Shown piece by piece: positions 48,345-57,855 of a stretch of DNA of 64,000 nt (the first letter of the stretch is position 1; each line of letters starts with the position of its first letter). Source of the stretch: a virus; IMG/VR virus record IMGVR_UViG_3300015360_000029, positions 23,460-87,459 of that record. The stretch is one strand, 5' to 3'. The notes beneath the pieces were generated by a model. The model worked only from the letters and a program-made list of their open reading frames with translations, had not been told where the DNA came from and did not search any database. The position numbers were made by a program, and so were the translations under genes.

Positions 48345-48733
48345 TTTTGAAGATTTCTGAGCTGATCGAAGATGTGAACAAGAAAGTGTTTATGCAAGGG
48401 TTCGAACAAGAGCGTGGAATCCTTGACGGTAAATACATTCTTGTAGCAAAGCACGGTTACCTTCCGTACACAACACCACAAACTCGTGTAAGTAATCAGT
48501 TCAGAATCGAAGTCAAAACAGCTCGCGGTGTTCAAGTTGGCTGGGTGAACTTCGAGAACATCAACGATGATCTTGAGGCACTTGACCTTTCAGTTTCTGA
48601 GAAGCATCGTCGAAAAGGCATTGCTTCGGAGATGTACAAGTTCGCTCGTGATCTCGGGAACACAATCAAACCATCATCGAAGCAGACCGCAATGGGTAAG
48701 AAGTTCTGGTCGGATAAGGACCACTCGAAATGA
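48341..48733 (+). CDS. GNAT acetyltransferase with MxxKISEL-type N-terminus
   Basis: Acetyl-CoA motif VSEKHRRKGIASEMY; QTAMGKKFW. Confidence 0.8.
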   Translation: MILKISELIEDVNKKVFMQGFEQERGILDGKYILVAKHGYLPYTTPQTRVSNQFRIEVKTARGVQVGWVNFENINDDLEALDLSVSEKHRRKGIASEMYKFARDLGNTIKPSSKQTAMGKKFWSDKDHSK

Positions 48734-49869
48734 TTACATTCAAACAGTACTTGGCTGAAGGTTCAAGCGGCCCAGACAAATGGGAGAAGTATTTCTCTTC
48801 GGGTGACGTCGAGACACTCGCAAAGAAGGATGCTGACTTGTTCGATGTGTTCGACAAGAAAGTAAAGAAAACTGTTAAAAAAGGCGACAAGATCAAGGTC
48901 CTCTTTTCCGACAAGTACGTGACAAAGGTTAAAGTTCGAATCGGCGACGGTGAGTACTTGATGAAGTTCACAGATGTGGACAAGCCGTTCAAGGTGGAGC
49001 GCGTTGTTGGCATTGACTTAAAGCCAGACAAGCTCGGACTGTTCGGGCCGAAGTTCATGTCAAAATACGGCGCCGAAGTGAAGAGACTTCTTGATTCGCA
49101 CACTGACATCCCGACAGAACGTGCCGATTATCTGAAGGCTCTTGTTGATCTTGCCGAGTCTCCAGATGATAATGATCTTGAAGATGCTGCCAAAGAACTG
49201 TACATCTCGACAGGCACGAAGGATGATCAAGCGTTCAAGAACACGATCAACAATGACTTCATGGAAGTTCTCGGTCCGTTCTTCGTTGTCAATGAGAAGC
49301 CTGAGTACAAGGCAGGCGGTGTTCAATTCCCAGTGCTCGGAAACCAGCCGCTGTACGACTTCACGATGAAAGCGAAGCAAGGCGCAAACGAGAACATCGT
49401 TAGCTTCAGTTCAAAGCGCTCTGGTGGGAACACGAACACGCTGAAAGTGTCCGCAGTATTAAATGCGTTGAAAGATGCTGATCCGAAGTTCAAGAAAAAG
49501 TTCTCGAGAGAGATCGAGTTAATGAAGCTGATCGACGAGAACTCCATCAAAGCAACCCCCGGCAAAATCAATCAATGGCTCGCGAACACATTTTCATCGT
49601 ACGAAAAGTTACCTGATGCAACTGACATTGCATCTAATGTTAATCTCGAGCGCTTAGTTACGAAGTGGATCAATGAAAACTCAGGCATGACATTTATTCC
49701 TGTGGTTCAGCAAGCAGTTCCAGACCTGTGGTATGTGAAGTCGCGATTGGCTTCTGATGGCACGCTCAAAGTGGAACCTTTGAAGTCAGGTCAAGAAATC
49801 ACCAAAGCGATCTTTAGGTCGAAGTCATCTTCAGGTCACATGGCCGACAAGCTTGGTTTCGCTCTGTAA
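48730..49869 (+). CDS. Capsid-targeted hypothetical protein, possibly PD-(D/E)xK nuclease-like
   Basis: Starts MITFKQYLAE; E...FP..N.PLYDF...SFSSK pattern. Confidence 0.55.
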   Translation: MITFKQYLAEGSSGPDKWEKYFSSGDVETLAKKDADLFDVFDKKVKKTVKKGDKIKVLFSDKYVTKVKVRIGDGEYLMKFTDVDKPFKVERVVGIDLKPDKLGLFGPKFMSKYGAEVKRLLDSHTDIPTERADYLKALVDLAESPDDNDLEDAAKELYISTGTKDDQAFKNTINNDFMEVLGPFFVVNEKPEYKAGGVQFPVLGNQPLYDFTMKAKQGANENIVSFSSKRSGGNTNTLKVSAVLNALKDADPKFKKKFSREIELMKLIDENSIKATPGKINQWLANTFSSYEKLPDATDIASNVNLERLVTKWINENSGMTFIPVVQQAVPDLWYVKSRLASDGTLKVEPLKSGQEITKAIFRSKSSSGHMADKLGFAL

Positions 49870-49914
49870 GTAGTCGACAAACATAAATACTTGATCTAAA
49901 TCGGAGTCAAACAA

Positions 49915-52092
49915 ATGACACTTCTCAAAGAACTGTTCGCGCTAACCGAACTTAAGAATCACATGGGCGAAACTGAGTATAGCTCATACAAGTCTTGGAA
50001 AGCTGCTGTGAAGAAAGTTGTTGGCGACTCACCTGTGACATTCATTGGTGACTCTAGTATGGACGAAGCTCATGTCAAGGATGACAATGGCAAGATGCGT
50101 GCCGTTGGCGAATGGGATGGCTACGTTGGCGTCGTCTACAAGAAGCCAGCTGGCATGAAGGTTGATGAAAGTCGCCTCCGCTCGGCGAAAGAACGAGATG
50201 CTCACGATCTTGGTTTCAAAAATGCTTCAAAGGGTACGCCGACTGAACTCAAAGACACGTGCCCGTACACAAGCGGGACACCTGAGTACCGCGCGTATTA
50301 CCGCGGTGTTGAAGATCACGCTATGGCGAATCCAAAGAAGGCGAAGTCATTGAAAGAAGGCCGTGGCTGTCCTTCATGGTTCAAGAACGGTGCGAAAGTG
50401 AAGCTTCGTTCAGAGTACGCTGACAAGGACCCTCAAGAAGTGTTCACGCTTTCGAACGTTGATGACGAACAAGGCGATGGCAAGATTTCGGATGACGACG
50501 GCAAAGGCTGGACAGTCAAGCACTTCAAGGTGTACCCAGCGAACCTGAAGACTGAACCTGTCGATGAGACGCTGACGACGGCTAAGGCTGAAAGTCATGG
50601 CGGCGAATGGCTCGTGAAGTTCATACACTGCCCTTCGGCTACAGACAAGCGTCAGCTTTCGATTCGTTCAATCAAGGCGATCACGTCCGGACAAGCTGTC
50701 GCTCTCGCAAAGGCGAAGCTCCCGAAGGAACTTCAAGACTGCGCTGAAGTCGAGTCGGTCAAGATGATGTCTGAGCCTGTCAAAGAAACACTGGGTGAAG
50801 ACGCCGATTACGCAAAGCAGCTCGTGCGCGGCGAGAAGGCTGGACCTGGCGTTATGAACAAGCTTAATCAATGGTTCACAAAGCTTGTTGTCGATAAGGA
50901 TGCAAATCGTTTCCTTCCGGCAGACAAGGCACTGGATCAGCTCGCACGAGCTGGATTCAGCAAGGATCAAATTCAGAAGATTCGCGATGCAGCTGCCGTT
51001 GCTTGTAACACTGCAATCGAACGGATGCAATCGAAGCACGGAGATCGTGTTCCAGCAAAGTACATCTCGAAGATGGGATCAAGCTTCGGCGTGTTTGATC
51101 TGTATCTCAATGTCTCCGAAGAGATTCACAAAGAGTTCGCAGCGTTGATGCGCAAGCTGTTTGATGCGAAGCTCGACAAGATGAAGGACGATTTGCTGTT
51201 GCCAAAAGCCGCTATTGGGAAGTCGCAAGAAGCGTCGATGAAGGGTGATTGGGGAACTGCCAAAAAGCATTTTGATACGTACGATAAGGGTACAAAGCTC
51301 AAAGAGGATGATGCTCTGCAAAGTCTCGGGAAGATTCTTTCTGGAAAGGCGACTGAAGCACCTGCCAAAGACGAAGTCACCGATTCAACAGATGCTTCAA
51401 TCTCCACAGCACCGGTTGAAGAACCAGCACTTGAAGGTCCAGTGTTCAAGGCCGGTGACAAGGTGAAGCCAAAGTCAGGTCCGCACGCTGGTGAAATTCA
51501 TACAGTTCAGAAAGTCCTTGCGAACGGCTCGCTCGACATCGTTCCGGATAACGTCACCAAAGTGAAGTACGCAAAGGGTGGAGCGAATGCACGCCCAGAA
51601 CAACTTGAACTTTTTGAAGGTTTTAAGTTTCTTGGTTTGTTCAAGAAAGGTTCATTGCTCGCTCAATTCTCGCTGATGGAAACTAAATGGACACCAAAGA
51701 AAGACGATGTGTCATTTCACAATAGCTCTGAAGAATGGAAGAGCGGGTACACGGATTACATGAACGGTCAGAACTGGAGCTTTCCTACAGCTCGATTGAA
51801 ATCTGCCGAAGGTAAGAAGTACCGCAGCGGTTGGGACGAAGCTGAAGCAGCAAAGAAGCGCATGAAAGAACAGGGCAAGGTCACTGAAGCTCGTTCGAAC
51901 GATGACTTCATGCCATTGTCGTACGGTGCCAAGAAGGGTCACACGATCGAAGCGTACGGTCGCAAGGGCATGAATAGTTTGAAGTGGCGCAAGATGTTCG
52001 TGTCTCAGAAAAAGCTTGATGATTGGGTCGAAGCTAATGACGCAAAAGTTGAAGGCATGCGCAAGCTCGACGACAACGAAAAGGTGAAGTGA
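49915..52092 (+). CDS. Multidomain internal head protein (putative polyprotein)
   Basis: Late promoter at 49883; MTLLKELF start; small domains separated by L/VxE motifs. Confidence 0.65.
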   Translation: MTLLKELFALTELKNHMGETEYSSYKSWKAAVKKVVGDSPVTFIGDSSMDEAHVKDDNGKMRAVGEWDGYVGVVYKKPAGMKVDESRLRSAKERDAHDLGFKNASKGTPTELKDTCPYTSGTPEYRAYYRGVEDHAMANPKKAKSLKEGRGCPSWFKNGAKVKLRSEYADKDPQEVFTLSNVDDEQGDGKISDDDGKGWTVKHFKVYPANLKTEPVDETLTTAKAESHGGEWLVKFIHCPSATDKRQLSIRSIKAITSGQAVALAKAKLPKELQDCAEVESVKMMSEPVKETLGEDADYAKQLVRGEKAGPGVMNKLNQWFTKLVVDKDANRFLPADKALDQLARAGFSKDQIQKIRDAAAVACNTAIERMQSKHGDRVPAKYISKMGSSFGVFDLYLNVSEEIHKEFAALMRKLFDAKLDKMKDDLLLPKAAIGKSQEASMKGDWGTAKKHFDTYDKGTKLKEDDALQSLGKILSGKATEAPAKDEVTDSTDASISTAPVEEPALEGPVFKAGDKVKPKSGPHAGEIHTVQKVLANGSLDIVPDNVTKVKYAKGGANARPEQLELFEGFKFLGLFKKGSLLAQFSLMETKWTPKKDDVSFHNSSEEWKSGYTDYMNGQNWSFPTARLKSAEGKKYRSGWDEAEAAKKRMKEQGKVTEARSNDDFMPLSYGAKKGHTIEAYGRKGMNSLKWRKMFVSQKKLDDWVEANDAKVEGMRKLDDNEKVK

Positions 52093-52406
52093 TGAAAGTC
52101 TCAGAACTTTTTGAAGGTGTTGATACGCCACCGCGCCGTCCGAAGTCTGTGATTCAATTCAGCGCTAAGGTCGCCGCTGAAGAACTTCGAAAGAAGGGTT
52201 TGAGCGTTCGAATCGATACTCGTGTTGTTGGGCGACATGAGAAATCAGATCGAACTGTGATGACAGTTACTGGTGACATTGAAGAAGCAGACATCTTGAA
52301 GGTGCTGAAGAAACACAAAGTCGTGTTTGCCACTGTTGGCTCGACGATGAAGGGTGACAAGAAGATCAGAATGATTCGTCTCGTTCAACCAAAGGAAGCT
52401 CAATGA
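52089..52406 (+). CDS. Small protein with MKVSELFE N-terminus
   Basis: Overlaps the upstream stop; shared N-terminal motif. Confidence 0.6.
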   Translation: MMKVSELFEGVDTPPRRPKSVIQFSAKVAAEELRKKGLSVRIDTRVVGRHEKSDRTVMTVTGDIEEADILKVLKKHKVVFATVGSTMKGDKKIRMIRLVQPKEAQ

Positions 52407-52504
52407 AAGTTCACGAGCTATGTTCGATCAAGCTGACACGCGTACTAATCTTATCACGCTCAATGGTATCATCACAATCATGCCAGGCGCGTGATGCAAC
52501 GTAA
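52403..52504 (+). pseudogene. 33-aa MKVHEL-start remnant
   Basis: ATGA overlap and RBS; motif start followed by apparently out-of-frame sequence. Confidence 0.35.
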
Positions 52505-52522
52505 ACGTCTCTTGCTAAAAGA

Positions 52523-53284
52523 ATGATTTCATTTAAGCAATTCCTTGAAGAGGCTAAGAAGAAGCCTAAAGAAGACAACTGGCACTCTGGGCCAGAAGCG
52601 TATGCTTCAGGGTACTCGAACCTTCGCGACATTCAAGCAAACCTTAATGTCGAGATGGATGGGCGAAAGAAGTTCCAGTTGTTCGTTCCGAAGCGGCGCG
52701 ATCCACAAGTCGAGATCGATCGTGCTCGTGATCGTCGGTATCGTGAAGCGAAACGTGAAGTCGACGCTGAGCTGAAAGAAGAGAAAGCACCAGTTCTAAC
52801 TGGGTTCAACGAAGCTCCTCCCGGTGACAACAAGCCTGGCAGGTCTTTCTGGACATCAACAGCGATTGATCGAAACGATGGTACGTACACATCCGATTGG
52901 TATCTGTACGTCAAGAACAATCATCGTGGCTGGCAAACTGATTACGGGTACTTGTTCGAAGTTCAACCTGACGCTCGAGTATTCAACATCAGCTACGCAG
53001 AACAATACTATCAATGGGCGATGGATCAGAAGCGAATGAAGCTTCCAGAGCGTGAATACTATCGCCCGTACTCACGCGACGATATGCGTTCAAGGTTCCC
53101 TTGGGATGAGCTCAGTCGGCACTTCGATGCTGTTCATTGTTCGCATCCGGACCGCGGGCACGGATACGGCGACGATTTTACATACGGCTGGGATGTTGAA
53201 TCTACAGCGTGGTTCAACACTGCTGCTCTTAAATACAAAGGTGCCGTGAAACTGTTTCGCGGCGGAGATCCAGATGATGAATAA
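52523..53284 (+). CDS. Capsid-targeted hypothetical protein
   Basis: Starts MISFKQFLEE; internal LKE; aromatic-rich C-terminal domain (FWTS...FDAV...WDVES). Confidence 0.65.
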   Translation: MISFKQFLEEAKKKPKEDNWHSGPEAYASGYSNLRDIQANLNVEMDGRKKFQLFVPKRRDPQVEIDRARDRRYREAKREVDAELKEEKAPVLTGFNEAPPGDNKPGRSFWTSTAIDRNDGTYTSDWYLYVKNNHRGWQTDYGYLFEVQPDARVFNISYAEQYYQWAMDQKRMKLPEREYYRPYSRDDMRSRFPWDELSRHFDAVHCSHPDRGHGYGDDFTYGWDVESTAWFNTAALKYKGAVKLFRGGDPDDE

Positions 53285-54161
53285 GCTGACGTTCAAACAA
53301 TTCCTCGAAGATGCTCGTGGCGCTCATGGCGAATACACGAATGACATTGGTGAGAAGACAATGGTTCATGCGATCATCAATGCTTTGTTTGGCGGGCGGA
53401 AAACTGACGAGAACTATGATCGCGTGTATAGTTTCCTTGAAGAGAACGAGCAGTTCTACGATGCCTTCTACGATGCATTCGCTGAGAAGGCAAACATGAA
53501 GGCGGCGATTTCATACGCTGAACGAAACAAACTTTCAATACCGGCGACAGCGCTCTCTCCAGAAGCTTCGAAGAAAATACAGGAGTTCAAGATTCAATTG
53601 AAGCAAGAGTTCAATGATTGGGAGAACTTGAATGAAGACAAGGAACTCAAGGGCAAGACGAAATCAAGTAAGCGTGCCTATAAAGACTACACGAATTTCA
53701 AGGGTGTCAGTGCCGAAGATAAGAAAGAGCTGAAGAGCACGATGGATCGTGAACTCAGAAAGTTCAAGAAGTCTGACCATAAGGACCCGAAGTCGTACCC
53801 AAAAGATTGGCCAGCTGACAAGAAGTACAATGCGAAGCTGAAAGAAAAAGGTAAAGAACTTCCGAAGTCGAAGTACACAGATAAGTACAAGGCAATGTAC
53901 GGCGAAGTTCAGCTTTCAATCAATGATGAAATGTTATCTGAAGGTAATGTTGATGTGGCTTTGAAGAACAAAGCTGAGAAGACTGGTATTAAACAAAGCA
54001 CTCTTCGCGCTGTTTTGAATCGCGGTCTTGCTGCTTGGCGTCAACATCATCGTCCAGGTGTTGGACAGATTCAATGGGCAATGGGTCGTGTTAATAGCTT
54101 CATCACCGGTGGTGGCGCTCGCAAAGCCGACAAAGACCTGTGGGACAAAAGGAACGCATAA
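53274..54161 (+). CDS. Capsid-targeted multidomain protein with DUF5824-like C-terminus
   Basis: LTFKQFLED start; LRAVLNRGLAAWRQHHRPG...QWAMGRVNSFI. Confidence 0.65.
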   Translation: MMNKLTFKQFLEDARGAHGEYTNDIGEKTMVHAIINALFGGRKTDENYDRVYSFLEENEQFYDAFYDAFAEKANMKAAISYAERNKLSIPATALSPEASKKIQEFKIQLKQEFNDWENLNEDKELKGKTKSSKRAYKDYTNFKGVSAEDKKELKSTMDRELRKFKKSDHKDPKSYPKDWPADKKYNAKLKEKGKELPKSKYTDKYKAMYGEVQLSINDEMLSEGNVDVALKNKAEKTGIKQSTLRAVLNRGLAAWRQHHRPGVGQIQWAMGRVNSFITGGGARKADKDLWDKRNA

Positions 54162-54571
54162 TGGATTTTTCTCAAGATTATAACCCGAATGCGGCTCGCC
54201 GCCCAGTTGACCCGATGGCGAACCTCGTCTCAAAGCTGATGCTCGCTCGCACAGTCGCGCACATGTGGCATTGGAAAGTGAAGTCGTTCGCGATGCACAT
54301 CGCTCTTGGCGAGTTGTACGACGGGCTCACTGAGCTTACGGATCAGCTTATGGAGATGTACATGGGTTCGTACGGAACTGAAGCTCACATCGAGCTTAGC
54401 GACCCGAACGCATTCAGCGAGCAAGATCCAACCGAGTTCATTCGGCAGCTTCATGAGTTCTTGAAAACAGAGCATTCGCTGGTCCCGCAAGACCCGTTCA
54501 TTGTGAACAAGTTCGAAGAGATTCAAGCTCTTGTATCCACAACTAAATACAAGCTAGAGAACTTACGATGA
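54161..54571 (+). CDS. Ferritin/Dps-like four-helix protein
   Basis: AHMWHW...HIALGELYD...DQLMEMYMG...YKL. Confidence 0.78.
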   Translation: MDFSQDYNPNAARRPVDPMANLVSKLMLARTVAHMWHWKVKSFAMHIALGELYDGLTELTDQLMEMYMGSYGTEAHIELSDPNAFSEQDPTEFIRQLHEFLKTEHSLVPQDPFIVNKFEEIQALVSTTKYKLENLR

Positions 54572-54921
54572 CATTCAAGAAGCTGGAAAACCTTCCGAAA
54601 GTACCGCACACGTACGATGACGTGATGAAGGCAATGGCTGAACTTTACAAGGGCGTGTTGAAACAATCACACATGTATGGTGGCAAGAGCTCGAAGCTAT
54701 TCATCCCACAGGTTGTTGAAACTTCGCTGATGAAATCAATCAACGCTGATGATCTATACGAGAATGACGAAATCTGCTGCCTGCTTGATCTCGCTGATCG
54801 TTCGTGTGAAGATCTGGCAAGTCGTCTGAAGGACCAAAATGATGAACGCAGTCTTCAACTGCTGACGTCTCTTCTTCGCGGAATGCATTTAGCTATCAAT
54901 GCCGATAGAAGTAAGAACTGA
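54568..54921 (+). CDS. Hypothetical protein
   Basis: 117 aa, ATGA overlap. Confidence 0.55.
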   Translation: MTFKKLENLPKVPHTYDDVMKAMAELYKGVLKQSHMYGGKSSKLFIPQVVETSLMKSINADDLYENDEICCLLDLADRSCEDLASRLKDQNDERSLQLLTSLLRGMHLAINADRSKN

Positions 54922-54942
54922 CTGATTTAGTATCATAAATAT

Positions 54943-55548
54943 ATGATGGAAAAAAGAAACCCATCAATGAAAACTGTTGCATACATTCACGGCTTCAATT
55001 CGTCTTCACGATCGTTCTCATACTTACTCAAGAATCTTCAAATTCACAATGTGATTCTTGTGAATTACGAAAGTCATCAAAAACTTCAAGATTCGCTTGA
55101 TCAAGTTTTTCGACAACTCCCGAAGGGTGAGATCGCGCTTCTTGGACACAGCCTTGGCGGTTTGATCGCGACCCTCTTGGCAATTGACGAACCTCAACGA
55201 ATCACAGATCTCGTAACGATTTCGGCGCCGCTAGCTGGATCGAAAGCTGCAAATGCTCTTCGTTGGCTTCCAGGCTCTCCGGCACTTCTCGAAGGCATCA
55301 CACAGACTTCGCCATTCATTCGGAAAGTATCAACAGCGAAACTTTCAATTCCAACGTTGAGCATCTTTAGCACTAGTGGTCATTTGAAAGCTCTTGGCGA
55401 AACTAATGACAGCATCGTTTCAGTTGCAAGTCAAAAGGCTTTAAAATTCGGAAAGAAAGCTGAAGTGAAGGCGAATCATTTTGAAGTTCTGCTTCACGAT
55501 CGAACAACAGATCTTATTCAGAAACACCTCTTTGGAGATCGATCATGA
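54943..55548 (+). CDS. Alpha/beta hydrolase (esterase/lipase-like)
   Basis: IHGFNS, nucleophile GHSLGG, NDSIV, NHF triad. Confidence 0.9.
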   Translation: MMEKRNPSMKTVAYIHGFNSSSRSFSYLLKNLQIHNVILVNYESHQKLQDSLDQVFRQLPKGEIALLGHSLGGLIATLLAIDEPQRITDLVTISAPLAGSKAANALRWLPGSPALLEGITQTSPFIRKVSTAKLSIPTLSIFSTSGHLKALGETNDSIVSVASQKALKFGKKAEVKANHFEVLLHDRTTDLIQKHLFGDRS

Positions 55549-56297
55549 TTCTTTCTACGCGCGCCCAAAAAATCTCAAATACTGAAGAACTTCGTCGTTG
55601 TGCTTTGGACCCGAAGTACTTCATGATGAAATACATTCTATCGGAAGTTTCGAGTGTTCAAGAGAAATTCATCGACGGAATCCTTGAATTCAAGCAGCTC
55701 ATCGTGAAACATCCTCGTCAAGGCGGATTCACAACTGCATCAATGGCATATCTTCTTTGGGAGATGATGTTCATGCCGAATCGAACATCGGTTGTTGTTC
55801 TTTCCACAGTTCAAATTGCGACAAATTTAACTGCAATCGTTCGGGTAATGCAACAAAAGCTTCCAAGCTGGCTGAGATCTGAAATTTTGTATGAGGGGCG
55901 AGATTTATTGAAATTCGAAAATGAATCAAAACTATCATTCGTAGCATGTTCAGAAAGATCTATGCATGGCGTCATGTTCGATACTCTATACATCGGAGAC
56001 ATGGCGTATGCTGATGAAGCTCATCTTCAAGGATTCTGGAAAAATGTTGCATCGCGCATTGATTCGCATACGAGAGTTTTGATTCATAGTACACCAAAAC
56101 CTGATGAAAATTTGTTCAAAACACTGTTTCAAAAAGCAGCTAAGGAACGCTCTATGCTTCAAACAATGAGCTTCGAGTACTGCGAGATGCCATACGCTTC
56201 GTTGCAGCATGAATCACAGACGATAAGCTACATCGGTTTTAGCGCTTTTAGAATTGAATTCATGGCACTATTCGAAAATGAAGAACCCACAGCTTAA
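55545..56297 (+). CDS. Degenerate terminase large-subunit ATPase-domain paralog
   Basis: ELRRCALDPKYF, PRQGGFTT (Walker A Lys lost), LYIGDMAY (Walker B DE lost), HSTP. Confidence 0.75.
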   Translation: MILSTRAQKISNTEELRRCALDPKYFMMKYILSEVSSVQEKFIDGILEFKQLIVKHPRQGGFTTASMAYLLWEMMFMPNRTSVVVLSTVQIATNLTAIVRVMQQKLPSWLRSEILYEGRDLLKFENESKLSFVACSERSMHGVMFDTLYIGDMAYADEAHLQGFWKNVASRIDSHTRVLIHSTPKPDENLFKTLFQKAAKERSMLQTMSFEYCEMPYASLQHESQTISYIGFSAFRIEFMALFENEEPTA

Positions 56298-57831
56298 GAA
56301 GGCATTCGCCACGGATGAATATACTCCGTACATGATATCGGAGCTTCGGAAGTGCAAGGATGACCCGATTTATTTCATGCGGAATTACATTAAGATTCAG
56401 CATCCGACGAAGGGCACTATCAAGTTTAATCTATTTGAATACCAAGAACGGTTCGTGAAATGCATGCACGAAAATCGATTCGTTCTCACGCTTCAACCGC
56501 GACAGTGTGGAAAGACACTCACAGTCGCTATGTATCTTCTTTGGTTTTCATGCTTTACTGATGATGTTACAGTTCTGATTGCTTCTAAGAATCAAAGTCA
56601 CGCACTCGAGATCGCAGCTCGTGTTCGATTCGCGTATGAAGAATTGCCGAACTGGCTGAAGCCAGGATTGAAGTATTTCAACAGGCACAATGTCGAGCTT
56701 GATAACGGGTCACGCATTGTTTCGGAAGCAACAACCGAAAAGACAGGTCGAGGTCTCTCGATTTCGAAGCTGTATCTTGACGAGCTAGCTTTTATCTCGC
56801 CACGAATTCAAGAATTGATGTGGGCATCGCTCGCGCCAACTCTATCGACTGGTGGTTCAGCGATCATCTCAAGCACGCCGAACGGTGACACAGAACTGTT
56901 CGCTCAATTGTGGCGTCGCGCGATGTCAGGCCTTCAAGACGAGCTAGGGACGAATTTCGTTCCGTTTCAAGTTAATTGGCGCGAACATCCAGAACGTGAT
57001 GATAGGTATTGGGATACAATGGTGAACATGCTCGGTCTATTGAAGACTCGGCAAGAAGTCGGTGTCGAATTTCTTTCTTCTGATGCGATGTTAATTTCAT
57101 CAATGAAGCTTCAGCAAATCGCTGGGAAGATGGTTCATCATGAAGACATGGGATTCAAGTTCTGGGTTTCTGAAGAAGAGCTCGGCGGGGCCGGCAAGAC
57201 ATATCTTGTATCAATCGATCCTGCGACTGGGAATGGAAAAGACTTCAGCGTAATTGAAATCTTCGATTTCCCTCGGCTTCAGCAGATTGCTGAATGGCGT
57301 TCGAATGAAATCAACATCCCGCTGTTGTACGCGAAAGTAAAGTGGATTTTGAATAAACTCTCGGCTGTTGTGAATCGCGGCAGGGCCGAAGTGCTGTGGA
57401 CGTTCGAACGGAACGGGATCGGCGAAGCCATGTCTGCTCTGTACTTCAATGACGAAAATCAGCCAGAACACCCAGAACTTTATTGTGATGTTCCTGGAAA
57501 ACTCGGAGTGTATACGACTGGGAAAACGAAGATTCAAGCATGTCTTCAAACGAAGGGATTGATTGAAAAGACGAAGAACGGGTTCGATCTTGCTTCCGAA
57601 ACACTGATCTTCGAGCTGAAGAACTATGTAGCGAAAGGCGGATCATATGAAGCAAAGTCTGGTGCGACTGATGATTGCGTTTCAGCTTTACTCGGCATCG
57701 CACGCCTTATCAAGCGATTATCTGAGTACAATGATGATGCATTCAAGCAGGTGAACGAATACGTGAATCCTGAAGCTGAAGATACCGAAGATAGTTGGGG
57801 TGGCGAGCCTGTCCCGTTTGTGATAGTGTAA
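56278..57831 (+). CDS. gp17: Terminase large subunit
   Basis: ELRKCKDDPIYF, PRQCGKT, GRG, LYLDELAF, SSTPNG, nuclease IDPATG..D, ERN, DDCV. Confidence 0.97.
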   Translation: MKNPQLKKAFATDEYTPYMISELRKCKDDPIYFMRNYIKIQHPTKGTIKFNLFEYQERFVKCMHENRFVLTLQPRQCGKTLTVAMYLLWFSCFTDDVTVLIASKNQSHALEIAARVRFAYEELPNWLKPGLKYFNRHNVELDNGSRIVSEATTEKTGRGLSISKLYLDELAFISPRIQELMWASLAPTLSTGGSAIISSTPNGDTELFAQLWRRAMSGLQDELGTNFVPFQVNWREHPERDDRYWDTMVNMLGLLKTRQEVGVEFLSSDAMLISSMKLQQIAGKMVHHEDMGFKFWVSEEELGGAGKTYLVSIDPATGNGKDFSVIEIFDFPRLQQIAEWRSNEINIPLLYAKVKWILNKLSAVVNRGRAEVLWTFERNGIGEAMSALYFNDENQPEHPELYCDVPGKLGVYTTGKTKIQACLQTKGLIEKTKNGFDLASETLIFELKNYVAKGGSYEAKSGATDDCVSALLGIARLIKRLSEYNDDAFKQVNEYVNPEAEDTEDSWGGEPVPFVIV

Positions 57832-57855
57832 AGTTCTCAGCTAAGTGCTTCATAG

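Noticed and set aside
55545-57831. Intron- or intein-split terminase
   Set aside because: The upstream ORF duplicates the gp17 N-terminal domain rather than complementing it; gp17 is complete
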